DNA of 64,000 nucleotides from Coniocarpon cinnabarinum (Eukaryota): NCBI GenBank assembly GCA_051942205.1, contig JAVECO010000018.1, positions 124,001 to 188,000 of the forward strand, read 5' to 3'. Shown piece by piece: positions 1 to 13,063 of this stretch (position 1 is its first letter; each line of letters starts with the position of its first letter). The notes under the pieces were generated by a model. It saw only the letters and a program-made list of their open reading frames with translations, ran no database searches and was not told where the DNA came from. The position numbers and the translations under genes were made by a program.

Positions 1-1168
1 TTGGAACGACGTTTCACGGAGAGAAGTGAAAGCCATCGCCTCCGATATTCCGAGTCACATTGCAGACCCATTCCGCAAGCACTTCCTTGCTGCAGAAAAA
101 GCCCCATCACCACCAAGTATCCGCGTTTCGTTTTTTGTCCAGATGCGCTCTGGCGCGCTTTCAGGTGGAAATGTTGGCTGTCAGTGATTGGACGTGGCCC
201 CTGACGGGCTTTGCAGCACATGAAGCCTGTCGTCAGCGCTAGAGCGCGCAACTTTCCTTCTTCATTGTCGGCCAATCGTTCCCAGCAGATCCACACTACC
301 GGGGAAGCCGGACGAGCTTAACGCTTCCTGACCTTTCTCTTCACGCCATTGCTGAATTGCGGTCATGAACGTCTGGTACAAGACCTGGAGCTAGAATGTT
401 GGTGCTGTGTAAAGTCCACGGCAGCCATCAGGCACTTGCCTGCGGGTGTTCCAAAGCCCAGGCTTTGGGAAACTTTGTTTCTCGCGTCGCGACCGAGACC
501 AGACCACCTCCCACCCCGCCTTCCTCCCCGCTGATTTCTAGCCCTTTTGAGGCACTGTTCTGGATGGAGGCAAATCGATAAATTTTTCAAATACTCGCAT
601 GACGACGACGTATTAACTGCTAGGGTCATGTCGGCAGTACTGAAACCATTACATCCTGCTATGTGAGCAGCAAGCAAACTCAATAATCCAAAGTCTAAAC
701 TTAGACATTCGCGGGAAATGGCTTCGAACAAACGCGGAGCCGTCGACGAGATTGGACTCCTGGCGTCATCTTCATGTGCAGCGAACGTGACGGGAACCTA
801 ATCCCATTGTATCTGGGCCAACCGCAAGCGAGAACCGTCTGCCATTGCTGCTGGAAACGTTCTCCGCCTCGACCCAATGCATATACCCACTGCTGCTCCC
901 TTTCCCATCCGGCCTTTATCTTCCAAGATAATCACATCAATAGCCTTGCCCCCTGTCCGGCTCCGTCAAGTCTCCACTTCCGAAGACTTCATCATTCCCC
1001 GTCTCAAATGTTAAGCTTAATACCTGGATACTCGCACGTTGGAGTGAATGCGTACCTGGCCACCCACACAAGCACTCAATGCAACGCTGTTAAGCATGCT
1101 CAAACTGACGTTCCGTCGAGAATAAGCCAGCCCTACCTGAGCATACCTGGAGCTGGGTCCTGGGGCCA

Positions 1169-2852
1169 ATGGCGGGAGGAATACATCCTCCACCATCGGT
1201 TTTAGCGAGTTGGCCCAGACCCAACTACACCCATCCGGTCACCAGAGACTATGGTCTCGTCGTGCTGGCCTCGGTGCTTGGATTCTTCACTCTTTTGACG
1301 ATACTCCTTCGCTTATGGACGCGTGCGTTCGTTACAAAGAATTTTGGGAGCGATGACTGGGTCATGATCGCTGCAACTGTATGTCGAATCAGCCATCACT
1401 GGATGATCGCATTACGTGTGACTGATGATCGCAATAGCCAATGGCGCTGGGCCTTGCCGTTGCTGTCTGTCTCGGTATGAAGATGCTTTTCCTGTGCTTT
1501 ACGGTGCTGCAAGCTCACATTCAGCAGCGTCCAAGGTCTATTACTTTGACCGTCATACGTGGGATGTGCCACCTCGAAAAGGCCTTGCCCAGACGCGCCA
1601 GGTACGCAATCGTGTTGCGACGCGAGACGACTGATTGATTGAGGTGCTCACATGAATGCGCCAGATTACGTTCGCCATCGAGTTCCTCTACATCTACGCT
1701 GCTGGTTTCATCAAGATCAGCATTCTTTTATTCTACAGACGGATCAGCAGCAGCGTCTTATCAAGAGCTGGCGCGTCGATCATATGGGGCATGATCGCAT
1801 TCGTCGTCGGTTACATAATAACCTTTACCTGTACGCTCGTTTTCACCTGCTCGCCTATCCCAGCGTTCTGGCTTCAAGTTGATCCGTTTTGGGCGCCCAC
1901 ACACTCCTATCATTGCACAGATGACGCACCAACCATCATTGCCTCGGCCGCCGTCTCTGTGGTTCAGGATTTCCTTGTTGCCGGACTTCCTACAATTTTC
2001 CTGGCGCGCATGGACATTCCTTTCCGCCAGAAGCTTGCGATGGCTGTGGTGTTCGCTGTGGGATTCTTTCTCTGCATCAGTGGCATCTTGCGCCTCGTCT
2101 ACAGCGACCTCATCTTCAATCATACTTACGACGTGGTGTGGGTCGCAGAGAATGCATGGGTCTGGGTCACAGTTGAGGTCCTCGTTGGCGCCATCATTGC
2201 CAATATCCCTACGCTCAAAGTTTTCTTCCAGCGCCACCTCGAGACCCTGTCGCGTACCTACTACGGTCGTTCGAGTGAGCTGAGTCACCAACGGCCCTCC
2301 CGTTTGTCCGGTGGCCTCAAATGGCTCAAGGGCCCGCGGCGAATGTCACGGAACAATGCCTGGGCATGGCAACGGACACCCAGTAATGCCGAGGAAGGCG
2401 AGGGCGGGATCCCGCTGGAAAGCGTCAAGAAATCACACAGTCAGGTGACGAGCTCTGCTGGTCGTGACACGCCTATTGAGCATGCACGCAAAATATCGCC
2501 GGCGGATTTCTCGATGCACAGTCAGGAAGATCGCAGTGACCTCACGGTTGACCGCACGCATCCGCGCAGATATGCCTCCAGGGCTCTGAGCAGCCATCCC
2601 ATCTCGCCTGTGTCGCCCACCTTTTATGAACAGAAGTTCTCGCAGGAGCAGTATCCCGACGACGATCACGGCACGTGGCTTAGCAATCAGACAAGCGCAT
2701 ACACCGCTAGTAAAACCGCCACCAGTGGGCATCATAATGAATATGATGATGGCGATGCGAGAATGGCGGGATTCGACCCTGATACGCATGCCTTGCCTAT
2801 CCTCACCGAGCAAGAGAGTCGGAGCATGGGCTTCCGCAGCGAACATTACTGA
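1169..2852 (+). CDS. PTH11-like / fungal rhodopsin-domain integral membrane protein (no CFEM domain), 4 exons
   Basis: Introns 1379-1437, 1475-1524/1527 (NAGNAG acceptor CAGCAG) and 1602-1664 join into one frame. Family motifs: N-terminal WPRPNY, LRLWTR..GSDDW, RHTWDV, IKISILLFYRRI, CSPIPAFW, QDFLVAGLP, WVTVEVLVGAIIANIPTLK. Long disordered C-tail. Confidence 0.85.
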
Positions 2853-3447
2853 TTTCGTTTGTCAAGTTCCATTCACCAACAAGGGATGACGACGTATGAT
2901 TGACGGCTTCTGTCGTTATGCTTAGAGGAATGTTGCGATATCTTGAATGTACCATATGCCAAAAGTGCTTGGTCTTTTGCGCCGAAAAGCCGGTGAAGGA
3001 GAATTCGGAGAGGGAATAGAGCAATGGTCTGGATTGGATCCTGGGTTATATGACATGTATGATTGGGAGGCTGTCTGTATATGTTTTGCACGTTTGATGC
3101 TTCGGGTTTGGGAGCGGCTGGACTAAATGTTTGTACAGCACGGACATGGTTGTTAGATGTATATATCGTTTAGAATGAGATGATGATCAAGTTTACTCTC
3201 ATGCAATAGCAAGTGATTGAGAAACATTACTGGTTGCATTGGTTCGAACTAGTTTCTCGCGATAGCTCATGCTGCCCTTCTATGCTATGCTAAGCCATAC
3301 CTACAAATAGCCCTTCAATATGACTTCTCGATTTCGCCACGTCTATACGAAGCCCGCCCAATGCACATGCTTTGCAGCAAGACATATATCCACCCACTCC
3401 GCCAAGCGCAACTTCTCCATCCTCTCGAATCAACGTCCACAAGCAGA

Positions 3448-5061
3448 CTACTGCAACAACGGATCTCTAAAGTGTGCCTGGTGATTTGCTCGCTTCTCAT
3501 TGCCCCACTGATACCGCTTCTCCGCTCTCTGCACCCTCTTCCGATCCGCCTTTTCTTTCTTACTGACCTCCTCTTTCTTCGCGGCACTCACGCCAAGCAT
3601 GCCCAATCCACCGTTCGCACGACTAATGACTGCGTTTTCGGGACGACCTCGTGGGCCTGTGGGCGTAAGCGCAGTATTCGTGTTTGTGCTTGTATTATCG
3701 TCATCGTTCTGCGTGGTTGAATCGGTGATGCTACGCTGTGTGAGGCGTTCGGCGGGTGTCGGGTAGGAATGCAGATTTTGCCGGAAGTATCGCGCAAGAG
3801 AGCGGTGGCCTGCGAGGCGGCCTGAGGGGAGATGTAGGCCTTCTTCGTCGTGGTAGACCGGCGCGTTCGGTTCCCTGCGCTTATGCTTGTGTTTCTTGGC
3901 TGGTGCCTCGCCGTTCAACGCCGCGCCGCCGTCTTCGGTGTCATCTGATTCTTCAGCGTCCTCGTCTTCCCACTCTTCGTCCTCGCCGGTAGTCTCCATT
4001 CCATCACCGTTCACGTCAATGGTCTGTGACGGGCGCGACGCACCGAGGCGCGGCTTCTGAGGAATGTGTGGTTCTGTGTCGGTATCGGAGCCGTCATTGC
4101 TCTCGTTGTCGGAGTATGAGGAGCGGAAGTCGTAGAATTGGCCGACTTCGAGCATTTGTTCTTCAGACTCAAAGGCGATCATGCAGTGGCCCTTGTCGCG
4201 CATGTGTGTTTGAATGCCAGTGGTTGAGTGGCGGACGATGCCGCAGTAGAGGCATTCGTGCAGGACTGCGACGCGGTCGTGGAGCCAGTGAATGAGGCCT
4301 TCGAGGTCGACGAGGTAGTCTTGTTCAGGAATGAAGAGGCCGTGTTTTGATTGCATGTGGGCGATATTGGAGGGCAAGTCTTTGGATTCTGTGTTGCAGA
4401 AGAGACAGGATTGTAGATTCGCGGGATCATCCTCTGTCTCTGCGGCTTTGGATGCTTGTTCGTTGACTTCGTCGCTTGTGGGCGACAATGGATGCGCGGG
4501 CTTGTCTTGGAATGAGCTATGATGCGGACGAGAGGGACGACGGCTGACGGGAGATTCGCCGGTGATGCTGGTCTTTTTGATGCCATTGACGACTTGAGAG
4601 AACTCCTGCTCCGCTAACGACTCTTCAGTCACAGTGCTACTGGTGTCGACGGGGTCGCCCAGAGAAAACGCAGAGCTCATGACGCTGTTCGTCTCGTCTT
4701 CCTTGGCGGCGTCCCCATCATGACCATCAGCTTGCATCTCAGCCACCCGCTGGCGATGTTTCTGGCTGCCGATATGATTTCGAAACGCATTCTCGCTAAA
4801 ATAGGTTTTGTTGCACGCTGGGCAGAGTTTCTCGAACTGAGCTTTGGCGGCGGTGGCGGCAGCAGTCGCCTGGTTGGCCAAGACCTTTTCGGTGAAGATC
4901 TCGGAGCTTATGGGAGGCAAAGATGCTACTCGACGCTTCAGGTTGTATCGATGCCAGTCCGATTGCATATGCCCTCTTTGCAGGTCGGACGATTTGAAGG
5001 CGACAAGACAGCTGTTGCAAGTGAAAGGGTGCGTGGCAGTCTGTGTCTGAGTCGTGGCCAT
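3448..5061 (-). CDS. REI1: Cytoplasmic pre-60S maturation C2H2 zinc-finger protein (Rei1/Reh1, ZNF622 family)
   Basis: 537-aa intronless ORF with FTCNSC..HMQSDWHRYNLKRRVASLPPI, further zinc fingers (CPAC..H, CLFC..HM..KHG, CLYC..HMRDKGHC), LPSGRLAGHRSL and the conserved C-terminus HFRDPLLQ. Confidence 0.93.
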   Translation of the reverse strand: MATTQTQTATHPFTCNSCLVAFKSSDLQRGHMQSDWHRYNLKRRVASLPPISSEIFTEKVLANQATAAATAAKAQFEKLCPACNKTYFSENAFRNHIGSQKHRQRVAEMQADGHDGDAAKEDETNSVMSSAFSLGDPVDTSSTVTEESLAEQEFSQVVNGIKKTSITGESPVSRRPSRPHHSSFQDKPAHPLSPTSDEVNEQASKAAETEDDPANLQSCLFCNTESKDLPSNIAHMQSKHGLFIPEQDYLVDLEGLIHWLHDRVAVLHECLYCGIVRHSTTGIQTHMRDKGHCMIAFESEEQMLEVGQFYDFRSSYSDNESNDGSDTDTEPHIPQKPRLGASRPSQTIDVNGDGMETTGEDEEWEDEDAEESDDTEDGGAALNGEAPAKKHKHKRREPNAPVYHDEEGLHLPSGRLAGHRSLARYFRQNLHSYPTPAERLTQRSITDSTTQNDDDNTSTNTNTALTPTGPRGRPENAVISRANGGLGMLGVSAAKKEEVSKKEKADRKRVQRAEKRYQWGNEKRANHQAHFRDPLLQ

Positions 5062-7773
5062 CGTGAAATTTGAGAGAATGCAAAGCTTTGTGTGAGAACA
5101 GGAGGGTCACTTAAGCGCAATATATTTCGTGGACTTGGTATGTGCAATGACTGAGGCGTGATATTGGATTTACAGAAGCGTATCGATAAGTGGCGTCACC
5201 ACGAAAGCATGCCAAGAACAAAATGACTAAGCAGACGGCAGCGTCTTCATTCATATTATTCGAAAGCAAGTTGGTAGAATTCTCATATTTCACATTATCA
5301 AGCTGCATTGCAGCGTTTTACGCTTCTTCACTTCGACTGTCTCATCCTTGCTCCTCCTCATAGAATCGATGTGTATTTGTCACGTCTTTAGGTATCATCT
5401 AGCCGAGGGACTAGGCGACTTAATCTAATGACCGTGTATCCCACTTGCTTGGCGTGAAAGATCGCAGAGTGGCACAGTGGCAAGCTCAGTCTCTCAAAAG
5501 AAACCAATATCAGACCGTCTCAAAGGCGCTGATCGGCTTGCGTAAGGCTCTTCACAAGATCTGGCAGTACTTCTCTAAGATCAACGTCTTCTCTTTCGTG
5601 TTGCAGATATGAGGTGGAGTTCATCGTTGTTCTTTGGAATTTGCGGCAAGGAATTGGGCAGTGGGAACGCCCTGACGCAGTATGTCACAGCATGTCTTAC
5701 GGTTTTCTTTACCCTCGTTTCTGCATTTGTGAAAGGCTACTCTTGTGCAACGGCTGCCTGCCCTAGTCCCGACGGAGATCAGCTCCTTGAGGGCGAATGT
5801 GTACGTTCTGCCACAATAGGCTTCAAATAGCCTCCTTAAATACGAATCGATTATAGTTGTGTCAACAAGGAAATGATTCTTATGTGTAGCATGCCTGTGA
5901 ATCTATAGCAGCAAGATTCTTGTTCATTTAAGCTTCCACAAAATGTTTGTTCAAGCAGGCATTCTGTCTTGCGGAGTCTTCTGACCCTCTCCGCGGAGTC
6001 AAAAGAGACCGTAATATCCAGCCTACGTGGCTACCAACATCGGGTTCTTGCTACCGATCCTGTCCATTGGAGATAGTATAGCGACAGTGAAAACTCTCGC
6101 ACGCAGTACAAAAGATAGTCAAGGCTTTCGTGTAATCATGAAGCAAAGCAGGTCAACATGAAAGATTGCCAGTGAGAGAAGTCATTTCGAGAACTTCGAA
6201 GGCGTAAAAATGGGTGAGTACAGGCCATAAGCCCGTGACTTGAAGGAACATGAAACTCAGAGCCAAAGGCAGCACGTCGAAACCCCGCAAAGCCTCAAAA
6301 AGCAATGGCTTTGCTGCAACACATATTCAACATTCGAGACCCTTGTTGTGAAGCAAGGGCAAAACGGACGCGAATGCCCAGAGTTGACCTCTTGCAGCTC
6401 TCTAGCTAACCAGAAGGCACTGGGTTTTCCCATACTCGTCTAAAGTCCCGAACTGCTCAACGCTAAGAACGCCATCCATGTGCAAGCCTTCCTATGTTGG
6501 CTATGTTGATCGACGATGGCCAAGAGAGGAACACCATCGGCTTCAATCCCAGACAACCAGATGCATCTTTGTAGCGCAAGTGAGCATCACTAGCGTCGGC
6601 TCTAGAGGCAGAGGAAAGCGGGCGGGAGACGCATAGAGACAAAGTAATACAAACAAGTAGTGGACAACCCTAACGTTCCTCTGAGGTGGACGCGTGGAGA
6701 CGCTAGAGCTCGAAGTGGAATGGCGAAATGTGGGGTTGGTGCAAATCCGCGCATTAGACCAACGGTCGTGGACCTCAACTGACAGCTTTCAACACTGTAC
6801 TTCACGGCTTGGATTACCCTTTGCAGACCGTCGATACCACCTCATTGGAATTGGAGCTCTGAGCTTCAACTCATCTCGATGAAGTGCATCGAGAACGACA
6901 AAGGGGGTCTCATGCAGCCCTCGATTCCTCCAACAGCCCCACCTTCTCCGCCCGCGGCCTCTTGCAGGGTTGCTTGGAGCTCAGTCCTGCGAGTGGCCAT
7001 TATCCTTGCGAGCAATGCGTGACTTGATCGTCTTTCCCCGCAGATGCCCAGGTGCCGCACGCCGAGCACGGCAGGCAGAACTCATCTGCACGTTTCGCGG
7101 CATGTTGACATGAGCTATCCTGTACCATCTTGTTGCACAACCCGACACGTCAAGTAAGAATTCCTGGCGAGCATGGCGTGCATGGGAAAAAAGATCTTAG
7201 ATCAATTTGAAAAACCATACACACCACTCCAGATGAATTGAGCCTGCAGTCTGAAGGCTGGAGCCTATCTTATTGAGCATAAGACGTCTCAAATCTGAGT
7301 TCTGAACAAGAGCTTTTAATGTCGGAGTTTCAGGGTTAAAAGCGGCCCAAGAGCGGAAAACTGAGTTGGATCGAATTGCGATTCGCGATGTATGGCCATT
7401 ACCTTTGGTGAGGGCTTAGCGCTCATAACGCATAAGCACATAGAGTTTGGTTTGCCGCCGCTCACACAATTTTCTAGACTGTTCTTTGGGCTTGGCCGGC
7501 TATGAAGCGGGGTCTCTGATCCCACGGCACTCGGAGACTGACGAAGGTTGACTCGCTACTGCAGCTGGAGCTTGTGCCGCTCATGCAAAGCATTTGTCAA
7601 TCGCGGCTTCCCTTTTCCCGGCAATAGGTGCGGAGAACTGGCTGGAAGCTTTTCTATAAGGCATTGGTCCTGCCATCAACTTGTCTGAACCTCAGAGAGT
7701 GCCTATAGAGCAAGCTCAAGACGCAAAAGGCTAGGTTGGATTCGGACGTTCATACACGCGCGTGTCGGCCACG

Positions 7774-10118
7774 ATGACGATTCCAGACGAAGTTGTAAGT
7801 TTCAATTGCTCAACGACATTGACCTCGGACGCTTGCTGATAGCGCCTTAGGATATCATTGTGGTGGGAGGGTTAGTAGATGAAATCCTGACCGGCAGCAA
7901 TTCTACTCAAGCTTATAATGACTTTCAGCGGCTCGGCAGGATGTGCGGTTGCCGGGCGTCTTGCCAACCTCGACCACCAGAACCTGCATGTCATGTTAAT
8001 TGAAGGTGAGGTGCGAACTGGTAGCGAGGGCGTCACAGGAATGCTAAATCCTCTGTAGCTGGGGAGAATAACTTGAACAATCCCTGGGTGTACCGACCTG
8101 GTATTTACCCTAAGAACATGAAGCTCGACAGCAAGACAGCCACCTTCTATGAATCGCGTCCATCCGAATGGCTTGGTGGGCGCAAGGCTATCGTCCCGTG
8201 CGCTCATATCCTCGGTGGTGGCTCCTCTATTAACTTTATGGTACGGGGACAACACTATAGCATCTTGGCTCAGCTAATTCCGCCTTAGATGTACACTCGA
8301 GCTTCTGCGTCTGACTACGACGACTTCCTGGCCAAAGGGTGGACAACCAAGGAGCTTTTGCCCCTTATGAAGAAGCACGAGACTTACCAGCGTGCCAGTC
8401 AGAACAGGGACATTCATGGTTTTGACGGTCCTATCAAGGTTTCTTTTGGCAACTACACCTATCCTGTATGCCAGGACTTTTTGCGAGCCGCCGAGAGCCA
8501 AGATATCCCAGTCACCGATGACCTCCAAGACCTTACCACCGGACATGGGGCTGAACACTGGTTGAAGTGGATCAATCGGGACACTGGACGCCGCTCGGAC
8601 TCTGCACACGCCTACATTCACAGCACTCGAGCTCATCACCAGAATTTGCATCTCGTCTGCAACACGAAAGCCGACAAGATCATTCTTGATTCCAATAATC
8701 GAGCCGTCGGCGTGCAGACCGTGCCAACAAAGCCGCTGGCCCCTGGCGAAACGAAGCCACGCATCTACAAGGCTCGGAAGCAGATCATTGTTTCGGGAGG
8801 CACTCTCAGCTCACCGCTCATTCTCCAGCGATCTGGAATTGGCGACCCCGGAAAGCTCCGCGCGGCTGGTGTGCAACCGAAGATCGACCTTCCCGGGGTT
8901 GGCTTGAACTTCCAGGATCACTACTTGACATTCTCGACATTCCGCGCTAAGCCGCACATTGAGTCGTTCGACGACTTCATTCGCGGTGACCAGGCAGTTC
9001 AAGAAAAAGTATACAATCAATGGAACATTCATGGCACTGGACCATTGGCCACAAACGGCATCGAAGCGGGTGTCAAGGTTCGACCAACAGAAAAGGAGCT
9101 TCAGCAGATGGACCAGTGGCCTTGCCCAGAATTCCGTTCTGGCTGGGACAGTTACTTCAAGGAAAAGCCGGACAAGCCCGTCATGCGTAAGTATCTATTA
9201 GCGATGATTCCATTCTTGTTTGGTAACAGTGTGTGTTGACGACGCGCTTCAGATTACAGTGTCATCGCTGGTTGGTTTGGTGACCACATGTTGATGCCAC
9301 CCGGGAAGTTCTTTACCATGTGTAAGTGTTTCCCTTGAGCTCCAGACAATCCAAAAGACCTCTTCTGACACATATGAAAAGTCCACTTCTTAGAATACCC
9401 ATTCTCTCGTGGCTCCACTCACATCAAGTCCGCCGACCCCTACGAAGCTCCCGACTTCGATGCTGGATTCATGAACGACAAGAGAGACATGGCTCCAATG
9501 GTTTGGGGTTACATCAAGTCTCGCGAAACGGCTCGCCGGATGGACGCCTACGCTGGCGAAGTCACGAGCATGCATCCGTTCTATGCCTATGACTCCCCAG
9601 CTCGTGCCTTAGACATGGACCTGGAGACAACAAACAAATACGCTGGACCGAACCACATCTCAGCCGGCATTCAGCACGGGTCTTGGTCAATGCCTCTGCA
9701 CCAGCCAAAGGCGCGCAACGTGAACTGGCTCAACAGTAACCAGCAGACGGTGCACGAGGATCTTGAATACGAGAAACGTGATATCGACGCCATCACGGAA
9801 TGGGTCAAGCGACACTGCGAGACTACCTGGCACTCTCTCGGAACTTGCTCAATGGCGCCAAAGGAGGGCAACAAAGCGACCAAACATGGTGTGCTTGATG
9901 AGCGACTTAATGTCCATGGAGTCCAGGGGTTGAAGGTGGCGGATTTGTCCATCTGTCCAGACAACGTGGGATGCAACACTTACAGCACTGCTCTGCTGAT
10001 CGCAGAGAAGGCGGCCGTGCTCACGGCGGAAGACCTTGGCTACAGTGGACAGGCATTAGATATGAGAGTACCAGCCTACCACGCTCCTGGCGAAGTGGCG
10101 GGGTTGGCCAGACTGTAA
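7774..10118 (+). CDS. AOX: Peroxisomal alcohol (methanol) oxidase, GMC oxidoreductase AA3_3; 7 exons, ~667 aa
   Basis: Exons 7774-7794, 7851-7870, 7929-8005, 8059-8240, 8289-9186, 9253-9321, 9382-10118 sum to 2004 nt in one frame. Contains the FAD motif DIIVVGGGSAGC, NNPWVYRPG, LGGGSSINFMMYTRASASDYDD, ETTWHSLGTCSM, DLSICPDNVGCNTYSTAL and a C-terminal PTS1 ARL. Confidence 0.95.
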
Positions 10119-11077
10119 AACAAGGTGACGGTACGTAGCAAACGGCAGACTGCTGTCTTGCCAAAGCTTACCCAAGTTGGGATACTGCTCATGAATATGA
10201 AGATGCAGCTTCCAATTTGTCAGCCTGTACCCGATGTACTCGTTAAGGTCGTGGCGTGCATGGTCACTGCAAGAGCCCTTTCGGCAGCTCGTCGCGCTAT
10301 CACGTGACGGTAAAGAGTACGTCGGTCAAGCCAGGTGAGTATGCCATGCTGAGCCATTCCCTGTCTGACACTGGAAGTGAAAGGGAAGCTCTCCCCGAGG
10401 AAGGCGTCAAGTGGTTCTCCGTTCGAGCGTATGCGAGAGCTACAAGAGAATGGGAAGTTCGACGTAGAGTGCTGATCATGAACGACGTGACAGAACTGGA
10501 AGTGGTGCTGAGTCACCGAGTTGCTGCAGCCAAGTTGCAACCTCGATAGGTATGAAAAGACCGAGAGCCCCCGATCGTGAGAGCTATGTATCAGTGACTT
10601 TCGATGTCCTTACTCCTATCAAAGTGTAGTAGGTATCCGACTCGGGTCTCTGGCTACGACTATACATTCATGCCACGTAGCTACCTGCACTGATCATCAA
10701 CATCTCAGTCAGATGCGAGTCAGAACACGCATCGCTGGCATCACAACGACCCGAGCCATTAGAGATAAGCCTGCCACCTATTCTGGTGGCTGGAAATAGA
10801 ACGTTCTGTGAAAAATTTTTGTCACTTCAATATCAAGCACGACAAGCCAGCCCAAGCAGTACTTAGTCCTTGTCTTCGCTGCAGTGGCAGATCAAGGAAA
10901 AAAAGAACCCTCGAAGCTATCACGCCTACGTAGACGCCATCACACACACCACACGGCTGCTAGGTTACGTATCGAAATGGTCCAGGCGTCGAGAACTTGA
11001 TCTGTTCTTGTGCGTGACGGTCTTCAGCTAGAACTCTGCTCCCGTATCGCCCTCACGACAGTAGTTTGCTACTCATC

Positions 11078-12368
11078 ATGGTCACCGCAGAGCAGCCGTA
11101 CTCTCAAGCTTACTTGAATGAGTACATCGGCAACAGACTTGGAGCGACGGCGATATCGTTCATTGTAATCAACACAGTCTTCGTTGGCATACGTCTCCTA
11201 GCACAGTACCTGCGTCCCACGCGGTTTTGGTGGGATGATTTCTGGATTGTGCTGTCCTGGATGTGCGTTATCATCGAGCTAAGCGTCGAGTTGCGTAAGT
11301 GATCTCTGCCTGGAGCTCCGCTCAGAACAAGACCATTTACGCCGTGAAGGCTTGCGAGTGCAAGGCGTTCCCCACTGCATCGTTTTCGATGGTTACTGAC
11401 ACGCCTTGGCTGACAGTTGCGGTTTACAAGCAAGCCATTGGCTATCACATCGTTGCTATTACTCCCGAGCGCATGTTGGTGTACGGCATATACCTTGGCT
11501 ACGTCGCTCCATGCCTTTACAATGTTGCCAGCACACTGCCGAAATACTCTATCCTTGCGTTGTACCTTCGTGTTTTTCACATTAGCGGCAGGTGGGTCAA
11601 GTGGACATGCTGGACGACCGTGACCATACTCACCGTCACCATGATCGTGAACGTTTTTGAAATCATTTTCGAGTGCAAACCACGTTCAAAGGTCTGGTAT
11701 ACAAGTGGGCCTGGTTCATGCAACAATTTGCAGGCGCACATTCGTTATGGACTCTTGCCGAATCTCATCACCGATGTCATCATGCTCATTACTCCCCTTC
11801 CAATACTGTCAAAGCTCCACCAGCCGTGGAGGACCAAAGTCGCTACTATCTTCACCTTCCTGCTTGGAAGTCTGTCAGTTAGGCCTAAACAAATCCAAGC
11901 AAATGTGCCTTTCAAACTGCTGACGATTGGCACAGTGGTCTCATCACCTGCGTCTTGCGCATGGTGACGGTCTTCAAGTTCACAGTGGTTTCAAAACCTA
12001 ACGGCGTCAAGGTGGCGGACCTCACATGGGACAATACTCTCACCCACATCTACCTCATTGTTGAGCCCAGTGTGTATCTAATCTCGGCTTGCCTGCTGTC
12101 CTCTCGCTCTCTTCTCCATTACGTGTTCGACGAAAAACATCTTTTCACAAGGATCAAAAGACGCGTTCTTTCCTTGAAGAAGCCTAAAAACCGGGCTAGA
12201 ATACGACAAGAGAGTCCGGATGAAGAGCCAAGCAAACTTGAAAAAGGAGATCACCGCTACGTGGATGGAAGTACCTCTCGAGACGGAAAGAATAGTCTGA
12301 CGACTGTTGACACGGGGGAGCGCAATGATGCACAAGGCCTACCTCTCGCTTCTAGTCAGTTATCGTGA
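11078..12368 (+). CDS. Second PTH11-like / rhodopsin-domain integral membrane protein, 3 exons
   Basis: Introns 11295-11416 (GTAAGT..GCTGACAG) and 11874-11935 restore the frame. Motifs IRLLA..WWDDFW, PKYSILALYLRVF, ECKPRSKVW, PNLITDVIMLITPLP, VEPSVYLISACL. Confidence 0.85.
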
Positions 12369-12786
12369 CGATGTGAGCAAAGAAGGCTCGAAGAGTGCGA
12401 TTTTACGTCTGTGCACGCAGAGACGCAAAGATGACAAGAGACTTGCATCCCAGACCCAAACAAAAGCATGTCAAACAATTGAAATGGCGACACCGCCGAA
12501 CTCCCGGGAAATTTCGATATCGTATTCAATTAAGGAGCGACTAGAAAGGAAAGGTTAGAATGCGCATCACCCCTTTCTTCCGATCCCCTGTGCATGCTCC
12601 AACAACCATGGTGCATTTATCTGCCCTTAGTAGCGTCACAGGTCCCACGCTCCGACCGACCGCCAGGTGGATGGCTGATATGTCGACTTAGCCACTCATC
12701 ATCTACGCAGGGGACAGGAACGAAACACCGTTACCTACGAATGCCTATGGGCCTTTCATCCAAGGCTTTTGAAGCTCTGCACCGCT

Positions 12787-13063
12787 TCAGGCGCACCTGT
12801 GTACGCCTGTGGTGATTTTCTTGCACTTGTTGTTCCCGCAGCACTTAGTCCCACCGGGGTTGCAGCTAACGCCAGGTTCAACACAGGCGCGCTATTGAGG
12901 AGTCAGCCTACTGTGCGTCGGACGCATGCGATGCAGGTGAGGCATGGCGAACAGGTTCGAGCTGAAGAGAATCTTCACCCGCGACGGGGTTGGCGTCAGG
13001 AATGGCGTTGGCCAAGGCGACGGCCGCGAAGGCGAGAGTGACAATGGTACTGAAAACCTTCAT
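12787..13063 (-). CDS. Small secreted cysteine-rich prepro-peptide (71 aa) with an inhibitor-cystine-knot (knottin) pattern
   Basis: Exon 1 13063-12953 encodes MKVFSTIVTLAFAAVALANAIPDANPVAGEDSLQLEP. A 61-nt phase-0 intron follows at 12952-12892 (GTTCGC..GCTGAC..AATAG). Exon 2 12891-12787 encodes RACVEPGVSCNPGGTKCCGNNKCKKITTGVHRCA*. Signal peptide, acidic pro-region, LEPR site, then C-X6-C-X6-CC-X4-C-X9-C. Confidence 0.85.

Noticed and set aside
3180..3260. ATGATGA box C-like motif (another at ~20030)
   Set aside because: No box D at a suitable distance; it lies in an AT-rich convergent 3' UTR region.
10591..10699. Minus-strand TGATGA..CTGA pair with CATCGAAAGT resembling an 18S rRNA antisense element
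   Set aside because: Box C lacks the leading purine, there are no clear internal boxes, terminal stem or host intron, and a 10-nt match can occur by chance.
10808..10821. RRPE-like TGAAAAATTTTT motif
   Set aside because: It lies upstream of a PTH11-like gene rather than the ribosome-biogenesis genes and is probably a poly(dA:dT) element.
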